From NCBI GenBank assembly GCA_028283955.1, contig JANQSP010000084.1:16065-80064 (forward strand): a DNA stretch of 64,000 nt, given 5' to 3'. Position numbers and translations under genes: made by a program. This DNA comes from Bdellovibrionales bacterium. Its GTDB lineage: Bacteria; Bdellovibrionota; Bdellovibrionia; Bdellovibrionales; UBA1609. The stretch's first letter is position 1. Each line of letters starts with the position of its first letter. Below the pieces are notes generated by a model. That model was given only the letters and a program-made list of their open reading frames with translations. It was not told where the DNA came from and searched no databases. This document shows, in pieces, positions 49,736 through 58,656 of the stretch.

Positions 49736-49753
49736 ATAAAATAATATCTGTTT
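49736..49753. repeat. 18-nt direct repeat copy 1 (ATAAAATAATATCTGTTT) in the rho upstream region
   Basis: Exact match to 49890-49907. Followed by the small inverted repeat TCTGT-caa-ACAGA. Confidence 0.8.
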
Positions 49754-49889
49754 AAAGTTTTATCTGTCAAACAGAAATATATTTTTAAATAAAAACCATG
49801 TTATTAAAAAATTATTTTAACAAGTGTTTTTAATAACTTAAGTCCTTATAATGACTATATTTATACTATGATTTTTCTAAACCGGAACA

Positions 49890-49907
49890 ATAAAATAATA
49901 TCTGTTT
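49890..49907. repeat. 18-nt direct repeat copy 2 (ATAAAATAATATCTGTTT)
   Basis: Exact match to 49736-49753. Lies 12 nt beyond the stop of the LysM protein gene. Confidence 0.8.
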
Positions 49908-49919
49908 TTAGCTGGATTT

Positions 49920-51158
49920 TTATTCGTCAATCTCGAAATTAGCGGCAGTATAATCAAAATCCTTCTTTTTATTCATTCTCTTTTTAATAATTATAAAAGC
50001 GCAAATCAAAGCCACCAAAGCTAAAACGCCCGCTAAAGCCATATCCACCTGAGAAAAGCCACTACGGTTTTTATCTCCTTCTGAGGGTTCAGAAGGTATG
50101 GCACTTTCTTCCTGTGGAGAAGGAGGCAAAGGAGGGTTTTCTTCAGCTTCTTCCGGCAGCTCCGGTTCCTGTGTTCCTCCCATAGACGGAGAAGAGTCTA
50201 CACCTTCTTCTGTCGGAGGGAAGGAGGGAGTTTGCTCTTCCTGTTGCGCCACTGGCTGTTCCGGCTGTGGTGGTGGAGGTAGTGCCGGTTCCGTTCCTTT
50301 ACCTCCTGGCCAGTATTTAATGGTCATAGGTTGATCTAATTTTCCTTTAGACTGTAAATCAGGATTTGTCGCCCAAACCTCTTTCCAGCTTTCTGCATGT
50401 CCTAGCAATTGTGAAGCGATCGTACGAATATTTTCACCTGCCTGAATCTGATGATAACTGGGTTGAATACCCCTATCTTCGAAATAAAAAAGCAGCTGAC
50501 TGGAATCCTGAGGACGATGAGGAGACTGATAATAAATTTTATCTCCTACTTTCACACTTCTTGCTTTTATATGAGGATTAATAGCATACAGTTGACTAAC
50601 CTGATCAGAACCAAAAATGGTGTTACTGATACTTTGGATATCTTCTCCCGGTCGAGCAATGTAGACAGCATTAACGACAAACCCCGCTGCATTATAAGCC
50701 CGGCTCTTTATCTTTTTATAAGGAATCCACCCTTTTTTAGCAGCCGGAGTGGCCGCTGGCACAGAAGGAGTGCTTTGATCAGAAAAAAATGAAGGAGATG
50801 ATTCACCACTTTCATAGTTCTCACCTGTATCAGCAACAGATGTATCATCTATTTCAATACTCTCCCCTTCCTCCGCCTCTAAAATATCCTCATCTTCCTC
50901 ATCTATATAGTACACATCCTCTTCATCTCCATACTCCTCTTCCTGGCTCTCTTCATACTGTGCTTCTTCTCCCTCTTCCCCCTCTTCTCCCTCTTCTGTT
51001 TGCTCTCCATCCATCTCCTCTTCAGAATAATAATCTTCTCCTTCAGCACTCTCTTCAGAGTCACCCCCTCCAAAAATACTGCAAGAAGAGAAAAGAGATA
51101 AAGAGAACAGGAGAAATAAGGTAAATACAAGCTGTTTTATCATAGTTGTTAAATACAC
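49920..51158 (-). CDS. LysM-domain protein with acidic and Pro-rich low-complexity regions, N-terminal lipobox and C-terminal TM
   Basis: 'LFSLSLFSSC' lipobox. E/D-rich 'EEGEEGEEGEEAQYEE'. Two LysM-like segments, 'YIARPGEDIQSISNTIFGSDQVSQLYAINP...VGDKIYY' and 'HQIQAGENIRTIASQLLGHAESWKEVWATNP'. 'PPPPQPEQP' tract. TM 'ALAGVLALVALICAFIII'. Confidence 0.7.
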   Translation of the reverse strand: MYLTTMIKQLVFTLFLLFSLSLFSSCSIFGGGDSEESAEGEDYYSEEEMDGEQTEEGEEGEEGEEAQYEESQEEEYGDEEDVYYIDEEDEDILEAEEGESIEIDDTSVADTGENYESGESSPSFFSDQSTPSVPAATPAAKKGWIPYKKIKSRAYNAAGFVVNAVYIARPGEDIQSISNTIFGSDQVSQLYAINPHIKARSVKVGDKIYYQSPHRPQDSSQLLFYFEDRGIQPSYHQIQAGENIRTIASQLLGHAESWKEVWATNPDLQSKGKLDQPMTIKYWPGGKGTEPALPPPPQPEQPVAQQEEQTPSFPPTEEGVDSSPSMGGTQEPELPEEAEENPPLPPSPQEESAIPSEPSEGDKNRSGFSQVDMALAGVLALVALICAFIIIKKRMNKKKDFDYTAANFEIDE

Positions 51159-51304
51159 TTTTGCTTTGGCAGTTCACTATTAATTAAACTTTTAATAGAT
51201 TATTCTGCCTCTCAAGTTAAATCGTTTAACTGATTAAATTGAACCAAGACTGAAGTACAAAGTCCAATACAGAAGTCCATAATCTGGACTATAGGTTAGC
51301 TTCT

Positions 51305-52198
51305 TTAAAATTGACATAATAAGCCATATCGAAGCCCTGTTATTGAAACAATGCATTCATTCCACTGAAACTGATGCATCACTTGTTTCAATATGCTTAA
51401 ACCGGCCGGCATAACATCAGCACGATAAAACGGCATACCCTTAAGATTTTTTCTTTTTTCAACAGACAGGTTAAAGAGATACTCCCACCAGAGATGAACT
51501 TGTTCAATACTGAGTTTTTCCCCATGTAATTCATCTAATTTCTCCTTCTCCGTTTTCTTTTTTAAGGCCGCTAAGGTAGTGGGTGTTCCGGCTGTAGCCA
51601 CTAAAGTAAGTTCTTTTGATAAAGAAAAAGGGATTGACTCTATTTCACTTTTTATTTTTTTCATAAGAGAAAATATTTCGTCCTTCCCCGGCGGATCACT
51701 ATGTAAGAACTGTTCTGTCAAATTCACTGAACCTATAGGTAAACTAAAAAACTGCTGAGCTTTACTCACCTCTGTAGAAGCTCCTCCAATATCCAATACA
51801 ACAACAAATTCACTATTTACAGGCAGCTGAAATAAAGCCCCCTTACGACTGATTCTGGCTTCCTCTTCTTCTGAAATAATATCAATGGAAAAACCATATT
51901 GCTTTCCTACGGCGATCAATTGATATGAGTTTTGAGCTTCCCGCGCCGCCGCTGTGGCAACACACTTTATCCGTTTCACTGAGTACCGCTCAAGAATTTC
52001 CCGGGCTTTTTTAAAAAAAACACCTTGTCTTTCCAAGGCTTGATTTTGAATTTTTTTTTGTTTTGAAAATCCTTCTGCCAAACGAGTAAAAAATAACTGA
52101 TCTTCCAATATATCCGGTGTCTGGCCGGGCCTATCTGAAAGGCGGGCTATCAGAAGTAAAGAAGTATTAGAACCAATATCTATTGCAGCCACTATCAA
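51305..52198 (-). CDS. Ppx/GppA family phosphatase (short, ASKHA domains only)
   Basis: 'VAAIDIGSNTSLLLIA', 'CVATAAAREAQN', 'EEEARISRKGA', 'VVLDIGGASTEV' are the Ppx-GppA N-terminal motifs. Confidence 0.8.
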   Translation of the reverse strand: MIVAAIDIGSNTSLLLIARLSDRPGQTPDILEDQLFFTRLAEGFSKQKKIQNQALERQGVFFKKAREILERYSVKRIKCVATAAAREAQNSYQLIAVGKQYGFSIDIISEEEEARISRKGALFQLPVNSEFVVVLDIGGASTEVSKAQQFFSLPIGSVNLTEQFLHSDPPGKDEIFSLMKKIKSEIESIPFSLSKELTLVATAGTPTTLAALKKKTEKEKLDELHGEKLSIEQVHLWWEYLFNLSVEKRKNLKGMPFYRADVMPAGLSILKQVMHQFQWNECIVSITGLRYGLLCQF

Positions 52199-53673
52199 GT
52201 TTTGAGTTTCTCCTTTAAAATTCTATTCAATTGTTGCGGGTCCGCCTGACCTTTACAGGACTTCATAATTTCTCCAACAAAAAAACCAAAAATTTTTTCC
52301 TTTCCATTTCTATAGTCCTCCATCTGTCTTGGAAACTTCTTTATTACCTCATCCACCATCTTTGACAGAGTTTCTGCATCATCAATCCTTTTTAATCCTT
52401 CCTGTTCCACAATTTCCTTTGGATTTTTTTTTGTTTCCCACATTTTGGCAAACACCCTCTTCCCCATCTTTCCGGAAATTTCCTTTCTTTCAATCATCTG
52501 CAGCATTTCTCCCAGATTTTCAGGAGAAACAGGGCAATCATCAATATTTTGCACTTTATTCTCATTGAGACGAGCCAACACCTCATTAATAAGCCAATTA
52601 GCGGACAGTTTAGGTGAAGCTTTTACACTGACCATTTTCTCAAAATAATCAGCACGCGATTTCTCTTCAGTAATTAAAAAAGATTCTTTTAAAGATAAAC
52701 CATATTGTTTTCGAAAGCGATCGGATTTTGGAAGAAAAAGCTCCGGTATTTTTTTTCTCTGCTCTTCAATCCATTGTTTGGATAAAATGACCGGTCTCAG
52801 ATCAGGGTCAGGGAAATAACGATAATCACTTGCCTCCTCTTTTGAACGAAGTGGAAAGGTTTTATTTTTAGCAGAATCATAGAGCCGGGTCTCTTGCACA
52901 ACCTTATCCCCTTCCTCTAATACATGAATCTGCCTCTTAACTTCATATTCAATCGCTTTTTCAATAAATTTAAACGAATTAAGATTTTTTAATTCCGTAC
53001 GGGTGCCCGGCCGACTGTCTGATACTTTCTGTACACTCACATTACAGTCACAGCGTAAAGAGCCCTCTTCCAAATTACCGTCACAGACCTTTAAATATTT
53101 CAAAATTTTCCTTATAGAGCGAACCATCTCTGCGGCCTCAGCCGGAGAGTTTATATCCGGTCTGGAAACGATCTCCACCAAAGGCACTCCCGCCCGATTA
53201 AAGTTCACCAAAGAACAGTGCCCTTTATGATGAAACCTCCCCGCATCCTCTTCCATGTGCACTCTTTGAATGCGCACTTTTTTTCTCATTCCATCATATT
53301 CAAACTCCACATATCCATCTTCACACACCGGTTTTTCATACTGTGAGATCTGGTATCCTTTAGGAAGGTCCGGATAAAAATAGTTCTTACGGGCAAACAC
53401 GGATTTTTGATTAATCCGGCAATTCAAAGCCAATCCCACTTGTACAGAATATTCCAAAGCTTTGTTATTTAAAACGGGCAAAGTGCCGGGCAAACCAATA
53501 CTCACAGGATGGATATGTTCATTTTCCGCTTCCACAAAGCGGGAAGATTCAGAGGAAAACAATTTACTTTTTGTTAAAAGCTGGGCATGTACTTCCAAAC
53601 CAATAACTGTTTTCCACTCACAAGACGAATCCAAGATTTTTGCAGGCTGACTGTGTTGGCTTTTTTTCTTCAA
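52195..53673 (-). CDS. gatB: Asp-tRNA(Asn)/Glu-tRNA(Gln) amidotransferase subunit B
   Basis: 'WKTVIGLEVHAQL', 'GLPGTLPVLN', 'RKNYFYPDLPKGYQISQ', 'RVHMEEDAG', 'DCNVS', and a C-terminal YqeY-like tail. Confidence 0.95.
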   Translation of the reverse strand: MKKKSQHSQPAKILDSSCEWKTVIGLEVHAQLLTKSKLFSSESSRFVEAENEHIHPVSIGLPGTLPVLNNKALEYSVQVGLALNCRINQKSVFARKNYFYPDLPKGYQISQYEKPVCEDGYVEFEYDGMRKKVRIQRVHMEEDAGRFHHKGHCSLVNFNRAGVPLVEIVSRPDINSPAEAAEMVRSIRKILKYLKVCDGNLEEGSLRCDCNVSVQKVSDSRPGTRTELKNLNSFKFIEKAIEYEVKRQIHVLEEGDKVVQETRLYDSAKNKTFPLRSKEEASDYRYFPDPDLRPVILSKQWIEEQRKKIPELFLPKSDRFRKQYGLSLKESFLITEEKSRADYFEKMVSVKASPKLSANWLINEVLARLNENKVQNIDDCPVSPENLGEMLQMIERKEISGKMGKRVFAKMWETKKNPKEIVEQEGLKRIDDAETLSKMVDEVIKKFPRQMEDYRNGKEKIFGFFVGEIMKSCKGQADPQQLNRILKEKLKT

Positions 53674-53677
53674 AGAA

Positions 53678-55177
53678 TTATCCCCCTTTCGTCAGAAAGA
53701 CATCCGGTCTTTTTCCCGCCGCTTTCATTTCATTCTGAATAAGAGAAGCTACATCAAAAAGAGTTTGTTCATCAAAATGAGGAGCTATCAATTGCACACC
53801 TATTGGAAGACCATTAAGGGGAGAAAACCCTGCCGGCACGGACAAGGCAGGAAGGCCAGCCAGATTAGCGGAAACAGTAAAACTATCCACAAGATAAGAA
53901 TCAAGAGAACCAGCTGGATTTTCTCCTAACTTAAAAGGTGTAGATGAAGAAACAGGGGCTATTAATAAAGAAACTCCGGAAAACGCGTCTAAAAACTGAT
54001 CTCTGATCTGCCGGCGAATTTGAGAGGCTTTATTATAATATTCATCGTAATAACCACTGGAAAGGCAATAAGTTCCCATAATAATTCTTCTTTTAACTTC
54101 ATGACCAAAACCCATCCCCCGATTTCGACTGTAAAACTCCTCTAAACTATTTGGGGTGTTGCCTTGAAAATCAAATCGATAACCATAACGGACACCATCA
54201 TAGCGAGCTAAATTACTGGAAGCCTCACTGGTGGATACCAGATAATACACCGGAACGGACATCTCCATAAGCGGCAAAGAAACATCCTGCATAACGGCGC
54301 CACAAGATTGCAAAAACTTTTCCACTTTTTCCAGAGTTTGCATTACTTCTAAAGAACAGGATTTTTCTATGTATTTCCTGTTTAACCACCCCACTTTTAA
54401 GTTTTTAATATTTCCCTTTCTTGGGTTCCGGTTAAAAGACCATTTTGGCACCTCTTTTTGAGAAGAAGTACTATCTTTTCCATCTCTTCCGGAAATGACT
54501 TCCAATATAAGAGTACTATCTTCCACATACATCGTTATAGGCCCAGCCTGATCCAGACTGGAAGCGTAGGCTATCATGCCGTAACGACTGACTCGTCCAT
54601 AAGTTGGCTTTACTCCTACAACGTTACAGAAGGAAGAGGGTTGACGAACAGATCCTCCCGTATCCGTACCAATAGAGGCAGCACAAAGCCCCGCTGACAC
54701 AGCTGCCGCAGATCCTCCGCTCGAGCCTCCGGGAACAAACTGTTTATCCCAAGGATTAAGTACAGGTCCAAAAGCAGAGTTTTCATTACTGTTTCCCATA
54801 GCGAATTCATCTTGATTACACTTACCCAGAATAATGGCTCCCGCTTTCTCCAAGCGCTGCACCACTTCCGCGGAATAAGGAGAAGTAAAGTCTTCAAGCA
54901 TCAATGATCCGGCCGTGGTTTTCATTTTTTCCACACAAAACACATCCTTTAATAAAATGGGAATACCAACCAGCGGTCGATCTTTATACCGACTAAAATT
55001 CTCATCTATATATTTTGCTCTACGAAGAGCATGAAAGTTTATTGTCAATACAGCATTTAATTCCCCATTAAATTTTTCAATCCGATCCAGGTAAAATTGA
55101 CACAATTCCGAGACAGAAATTTCTTTATCCCGAATAAAAGACACAAGATTTTCTATTTTAGAGTCAAGCAGGTCCAT
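53678..55177 (-). CDS. gatA: Asp-tRNA(Asn)/Glu-tRNA(Gln) amidotransferase subunit A
   Basis: Amidase signature 'GGSSGGSAAAVSAGLCAASIGTDTGGSVRQPSSFCNVVGVKPTYGRVSRYG'. Confidence 0.95.
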   Translation of the reverse strand: MDLLDSKIENLVSFIRDKEISVSELCQFYLDRIEKFNGELNAVLTINFHALRRAKYIDENFSRYKDRPLVGIPILLKDVFCVEKMKTTAGSLMLEDFTSPYSAEVVQRLEKAGAIILGKCNQDEFAMGNSNENSAFGPVLNPWDKQFVPGGSSGGSAAAVSAGLCAASIGTDTGGSVRQPSSFCNVVGVKPTYGRVSRYGMIAYASSLDQAGPITMYVEDSTLILEVISGRDGKDSTSSQKEVPKWSFNRNPRKGNIKNLKVGWLNRKYIEKSCSLEVMQTLEKVEKFLQSCGAVMQDVSLPLMEMSVPVYYLVSTSEASSNLARYDGVRYGYRFDFQGNTPNSLEEFYSRNRGMGFGHEVKRRIIMGTYCLSSGYYDEYYNKASQIRRQIRDQFLDAFSGVSLLIAPVSSSTPFKLGENPAGSLDSYLVDSFTVSANLAGLPALSVPAGFSPLNGLPIGVQLIAPHFDEQTLFDVASLIQNEMKAAGKRPDVFLTKGG

Positions 55178-55178
55178 C

Positions 55179-55469
55179 TTATTCCACTACTGGCGGTACT
55201 TTATATTCGTTACCCAAGCGTTGAGGGGCCAATTCCAACAACTCCCTTTTATTTTGCACATCCTGAGCCTGATCCTCTCTCAGTGGAGCAGATGGTTCAA
55301 TATCACCCAAAGGATGTACCAGAGGATCCACCCCCTGAGTATTAACAGAGGAAATGTGATTAAAGTATTTAAACACGATTTCCAGTTGACTGGTAAAAGT
55401 CAACATCTCTTCTTCAGATAATCTAAGGCGGGCCAATCTGGCTGTTTTTATCAAGTCTTCTTTATTCAT
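55179..55469 (-). CDS. gatC: Asp-tRNA(Asn)/Glu-tRNA(Gln) amidotransferase subunit C
   Basis: 'IKTARLARLRLSEEEMLTFTSQLEIVFKYFNHISSVNTQGVDP' is the GatC pattern. Start set at ATG 55469, preceded by AAGGGG; the track GTG is at 55475. Confidence 0.85.
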   Translation of the reverse strand: MNKEDLIKTARLARLRLSEEEMLTFTSQLEIVFKYFNHISSVNTQGVDPLVHPLGDIEPSAPLREDQAQDVQNKRELLELAPQRLGNEYKVPPVVE

Positions 55470-55727
55470 ACACACCCCTTTTATTGCATTTCCAATTCAG
55501 ATTTTAAAACTTTTACATTATTTTATTTTGAGAATAATAACTTCTTTAAACACAAGAAGAGTACCTTGAAAGATAAAAGTTTTCAAACCAGATTAACGTT
55601 TCCAAAATCTTTTTTAAGCTCAGATATTACACTTTTCTTCATTTAACCTTACATCCGTTTCTGCCTTACAATCTCCTCACCGCACTCAAACAGCCCGCTT
55701 TTATCCAAAGCAAAGTAAGTTAAAAAC

Positions 55728-55755
55728 TTGCTTTTTATTACAGTACAAATATAAT
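55728..55755 (+). promoter_or_regulatory. Candidate sigma-70-type promoter upstream of ligA
   Basis: TTGCTT (55728-55733), a 16-nt spacer, then perfect TATAAT (55750-55755). About 150 nt upstream of the ligA ATG. Read by eye in AT-rich DNA, so false-positive risk is high. Confidence 0.3.
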
Positions 55756-55770
55756 ACCTTTAAAAGGTAT
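55754..55770. promoter_or_regulatory. Perfect 8+1+8 palindrome ATACCTTT-A-AAAGGTAT overlapping the candidate -10
   Basis: The arms are exact reverse complements. Position overlapping the -10/+1 is typical of a repressor operator, which is inference. Confidence 0.3.
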
Positions 55771-55907
55771 AACTTTTACGAACTCCAAAGGAAGCTCTCT
55801 TAACCGAAGTAAGACAACAAGCAGTTGAAAGGTTAAAACCCATACAGCCCCCATCACTATTCAGTTAAGAAGCTCTTTATGTAACATAATTACTCCTTTT
55901 ATTTATT

Positions 55908-58172
55908 ATGAAAAAATTAAAAAAGTCATTAAAAGCAGGAAAACAAAAACCAAGGCAACATAAAAAGAAAAAGCCCCCTACACCGGAGTACAGCAAATTA
56001 ATTAAAACTATTCGCAAACACGATCATCGTTATTACAACCTCGACCGACCGGAGATCAGCGATTATGAGTACGACCGGCTTTTCAATAAATTGGTAAAGC
56101 TGGAAAAGCAGTATCCATCCCTTATCACCCCTGACTCCCCCACCCAAAGGGTACCGGGAAAAGTTCTTTCACACTTTGAAAAAGGCTTTCATAAAAAGCC
56201 CATGCTTTCTTTGCAAAATACCTATAACGAAGATGAAATCATCTCCTTTTATGAAAAAACATTAAAAACCCTGAATTCTCAATCCATAGACTTCCTCCTG
56301 GAACCGAAACTGGATGGAGTGGCTGTTAATTTACTTTATGAGAAAGGCCAGTTGATACAGGCTCTTACCCGGGGAGACGGAAATATAGGGGAAAATGTAT
56401 TGGAAAATATTAAAACTATTCGATCCATACCACTTTCTCTTCCTATCACCTCAGATTTTTTGGAAATAAGAGGGGAGGTCATTATATTAAAAAAAGATTT
56501 TGAGAAAATAAATCAACAACAGACTGAGCAGGGATTGAGTCATTTTGCCAACCCTAGAAATATGGCGGCGGGAAGTCTTCGCCAATTGGACCCTTCCGTT
56601 ACGGCCCGCCGACCACTGAAATTTTCCGCCCATTCTCCAGGTATCCTCAAAGGGATCAATTTAAAAAGCCAAAGTGATTTTTTACATACAATAGAAAAAG
56701 CCGGGCTACCTGTACTGCCTGTTACAAGCTTTAAGTCTCTTAAAACAAAAAACAAGAATAAAGTATTTGCCGCTTGCACTCTTTGCAAAAGTCAAACCGA
56801 AATTTTAGAGTACTTCCATATTATAGAAAAAATAAAACATAAACTACCCTACGAAACAGACGGCATTGTTATAAAAGTAAATACTTTTTCCCAACAGGAA
56901 AAAATGGGTTTTGTCAGTCGCTCCCCCCGTTGGGCCCGGGCGGCCAAATTTGAACCGGAAAGAGGGGAAACCTATGTCCAGGATATTTCCATTCAGGTGG
57001 GACGAACGGGAGTACTTACTCCTGTAGCCCATTTAAAACCCATACCAGTGGGAGGGGTTACTATTACCCATGCAACATTACATAATCAGTCGGAAATATC
57101 AAAAAAAGATGTCCGAATAGGGGATGCGGTGATAGTGGGAAGAGCCGGAGATGTAATTCCGGAAATTACTCAGGTCAATCGTTCCAAAAGGAAAAAAGGC
57201 AGCCGAGTTTTCAGGATGCCCAAAAAATGTCCGGCTTGCTCATCAAGAGTAAAAATCATTGGTGACATGGTGTTTTGTATAAATGCTTTGTGTCCTTCTG
57301 TCATTTTACAATCCTTAATTCACTTTACCTCCAAAAAAGCCATGAACATTGAGTCTTTGGGAAAAAAAATCATGGAGCGACTTTATAAGGAAGGCTTAAT
57401 TAAAAAATTTTCAGATATTTACAATTTAAAAAAAGAAGATCTTTTAAAGTTGGAAGGAATGGGAGAGAAATCCAGTCAGCGTATTCTGGATAATATTGAA
57501 ACGAGTAAAGAAACAAAGCTTTCCACTTTTCTTTTTGCCCTGGGTATTCGCCATATAGGGGAACAAACAGCTTACAATATAAGCCAATTCTTTCTTAACA
57601 AGAGTCATGATAAAACGAAAAAGCGCAAAAAGAAATACAAAGATATCTCGCAACTTTCCCTTCTGGATGACACTTATCAATTGAATTCAACAGGAGATAC
57701 GGGAATTTCCAAAAGAAAAAAAGAAAAACAGGCTGCTGCCAACAAGCTGGTTCATCCCATGCTCAACCTCATTGCTCAAGCCACAGAAGAAGAGTTAAAA
57801 GAGATACCAGATATCGGAGAAGTGGTTGCCCGATCCGTCAGAGAGAGTTTTTCAAAAAAAGATTTTAGAAAAGAAATAAATCTTTTGTTTAAATCAGGTG
57901 TCCAAATTGAAAAACCAAAAGAGACAAACACTCAACAGGTGTTTTCAGGAAAAAAAATAGCTATTACCGGGAGCCTTCCTCAAAATCGCTCTGAGGTGGA
58001 AAAACTCATCACTTCCTTAGGGGGAAAAGTACAAAGTGTTGTAAATAAAAATACCGAATTTTTACTTCAGGGTAATAAAAGGGGCGCTTCATCTCAAAAA
58101 GAAAAACAAGCTCAGAAATTAAATATTCCGGTTTTAAGTTGGGAATCTTTTCAAAAGAAAATAAAAAGTTAA
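55908..58172 (+). CDS. ligA: NAD+-dependent DNA ligase
   Basis: 'YYNLDRPEISDYEYDRL', adenylation 'EPKLDGVAV', 'TRGDG..GENV', 'LEIRGEV', OB fold 'VGRTGVLTPVA', Zn finger 'CPACSSRV...CINALCP', HhH 'GIRHIGEQTA', BRCT 'KKIAITGSL'. K-rich N-terminal extension and a K-rich insert near 57600-57770. Confidence 0.95.
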   Translation: MKKLKKSLKAGKQKPRQHKKKKPPTPEYSKLIKTIRKHDHRYYNLDRPEISDYEYDRLFNKLVKLEKQYPSLITPDSPTQRVPGKVLSHFEKGFHKKPMLSLQNTYNEDEIISFYEKTLKTLNSQSIDFLLEPKLDGVAVNLLYEKGQLIQALTRGDGNIGENVLENIKTIRSIPLSLPITSDFLEIRGEVIILKKDFEKINQQQTEQGLSHFANPRNMAAGSLRQLDPSVTARRPLKFSAHSPGILKGINLKSQSDFLHTIEKAGLPVLPVTSFKSLKTKNKNKVFAACTLCKSQTEILEYFHIIEKIKHKLPYETDGIVIKVNTFSQQEKMGFVSRSPRWARAAKFEPERGETYVQDISIQVGRTGVLTPVAHLKPIPVGGVTITHATLHNQSEISKKDVRIGDAVIVGRAGDVIPEITQVNRSKRKKGSRVFRMPKKCPACSSRVKIIGDMVFCINALCPSVILQSLIHFTSKKAMNIESLGKKIMERLYKEGLIKKFSDIYNLKKEDLLKLEGMGEKSSQRILDNIETSKETKLSTFLFALGIRHIGEQTAYNISQFFLNKSHDKTKKRKKKYKDISQLSLLDDTYQLNSTGDTGISKRKKEKQAAANKLVHPMLNLIAQATEEELKEIPDIGEVVARSVRESFSKKDFRKEINLLFKSGVQIEKPKETNTQQVFSGKKIAITGSLPQNRSEVEKLITSLGGKVQSVVNKNTEFLLQGNKRGASSQKEKQAQKLNIPVLSWESFQKKIKS

Positions 58173-58195
58173 CTAAAGAAGAATTATTTTACTAA

Positions 58196-58585
58196 TTAAT
58201 CACGATCATAACTCGGCATAAAAAGGAGGAGAATTCCTGTTAGGAGTACAGTAGCCCCAATAGTTCCACCCCATAATTTTATAGCATTGTTTGTTTTGAT
58301 TCTTTCCGCTTCAGGGCGAACCTTTTCCACCATGGCTTTTTCTTCATCCGTTTCAGGAGGGCGACAGGCAAAAGCCCCAAATCCACCTGCTGTAAATGAA
58401 CTCTGTCCACTGACCTGTAACTGCAATTCCTGATTCTTATCGCCACTTTTAATAGAGGCTCTCTTTTCTCCTGTATCCCTTACCTCTCCCACCAGGGCAC
58501 AGTGTTGGGCCCCGGTTAAGGTGGTGGCACAGCCACTGAGTAAAACCAAACAGAAGATAAGTAATGTACTAATAAACTGCCTCAT
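58196..58585 (-). CDS. Hypothetical lipoprotein with C-terminal TM segment
   Basis: 'LVLLSGC' lipobox. GGAGG 4 nt upstream of the ATG. C-terminal 'IGATVLLTGILLLF'. Confidence 0.6.
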   Translation of the reverse strand: MRQFISTLLIFCLVLLSGCATTLTGAQHCALVGEVRDTGEKRASIKSGDKNQELQLQVSGQSSFTAGGFGAFACRPPETDEEKAMVEKVRPEAERIKTNNAIKLWGGTIGATVLLTGILLLFMPSYDRD

Positions 58586-58656
58586 GATGCCTCCATTAAG
58601 TAGCGTATCAACTAAATAACCGATTAAAAATAGATTTTCTTTTAATCTAAGCTAAA

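Noticed and set aside
50098-51130. Several 70-113-aa ORFs on both strands inside the LysM protein gene (50098-50334, 50366-50581, 50451-50792, 50789-51124, 50903-51130).
   Set aside because: They are low-complexity shadow ORFs generated by the Glu/Pro-rich codon repeats. The long frame, with lipobox, LysM modules and TM, explains the region.
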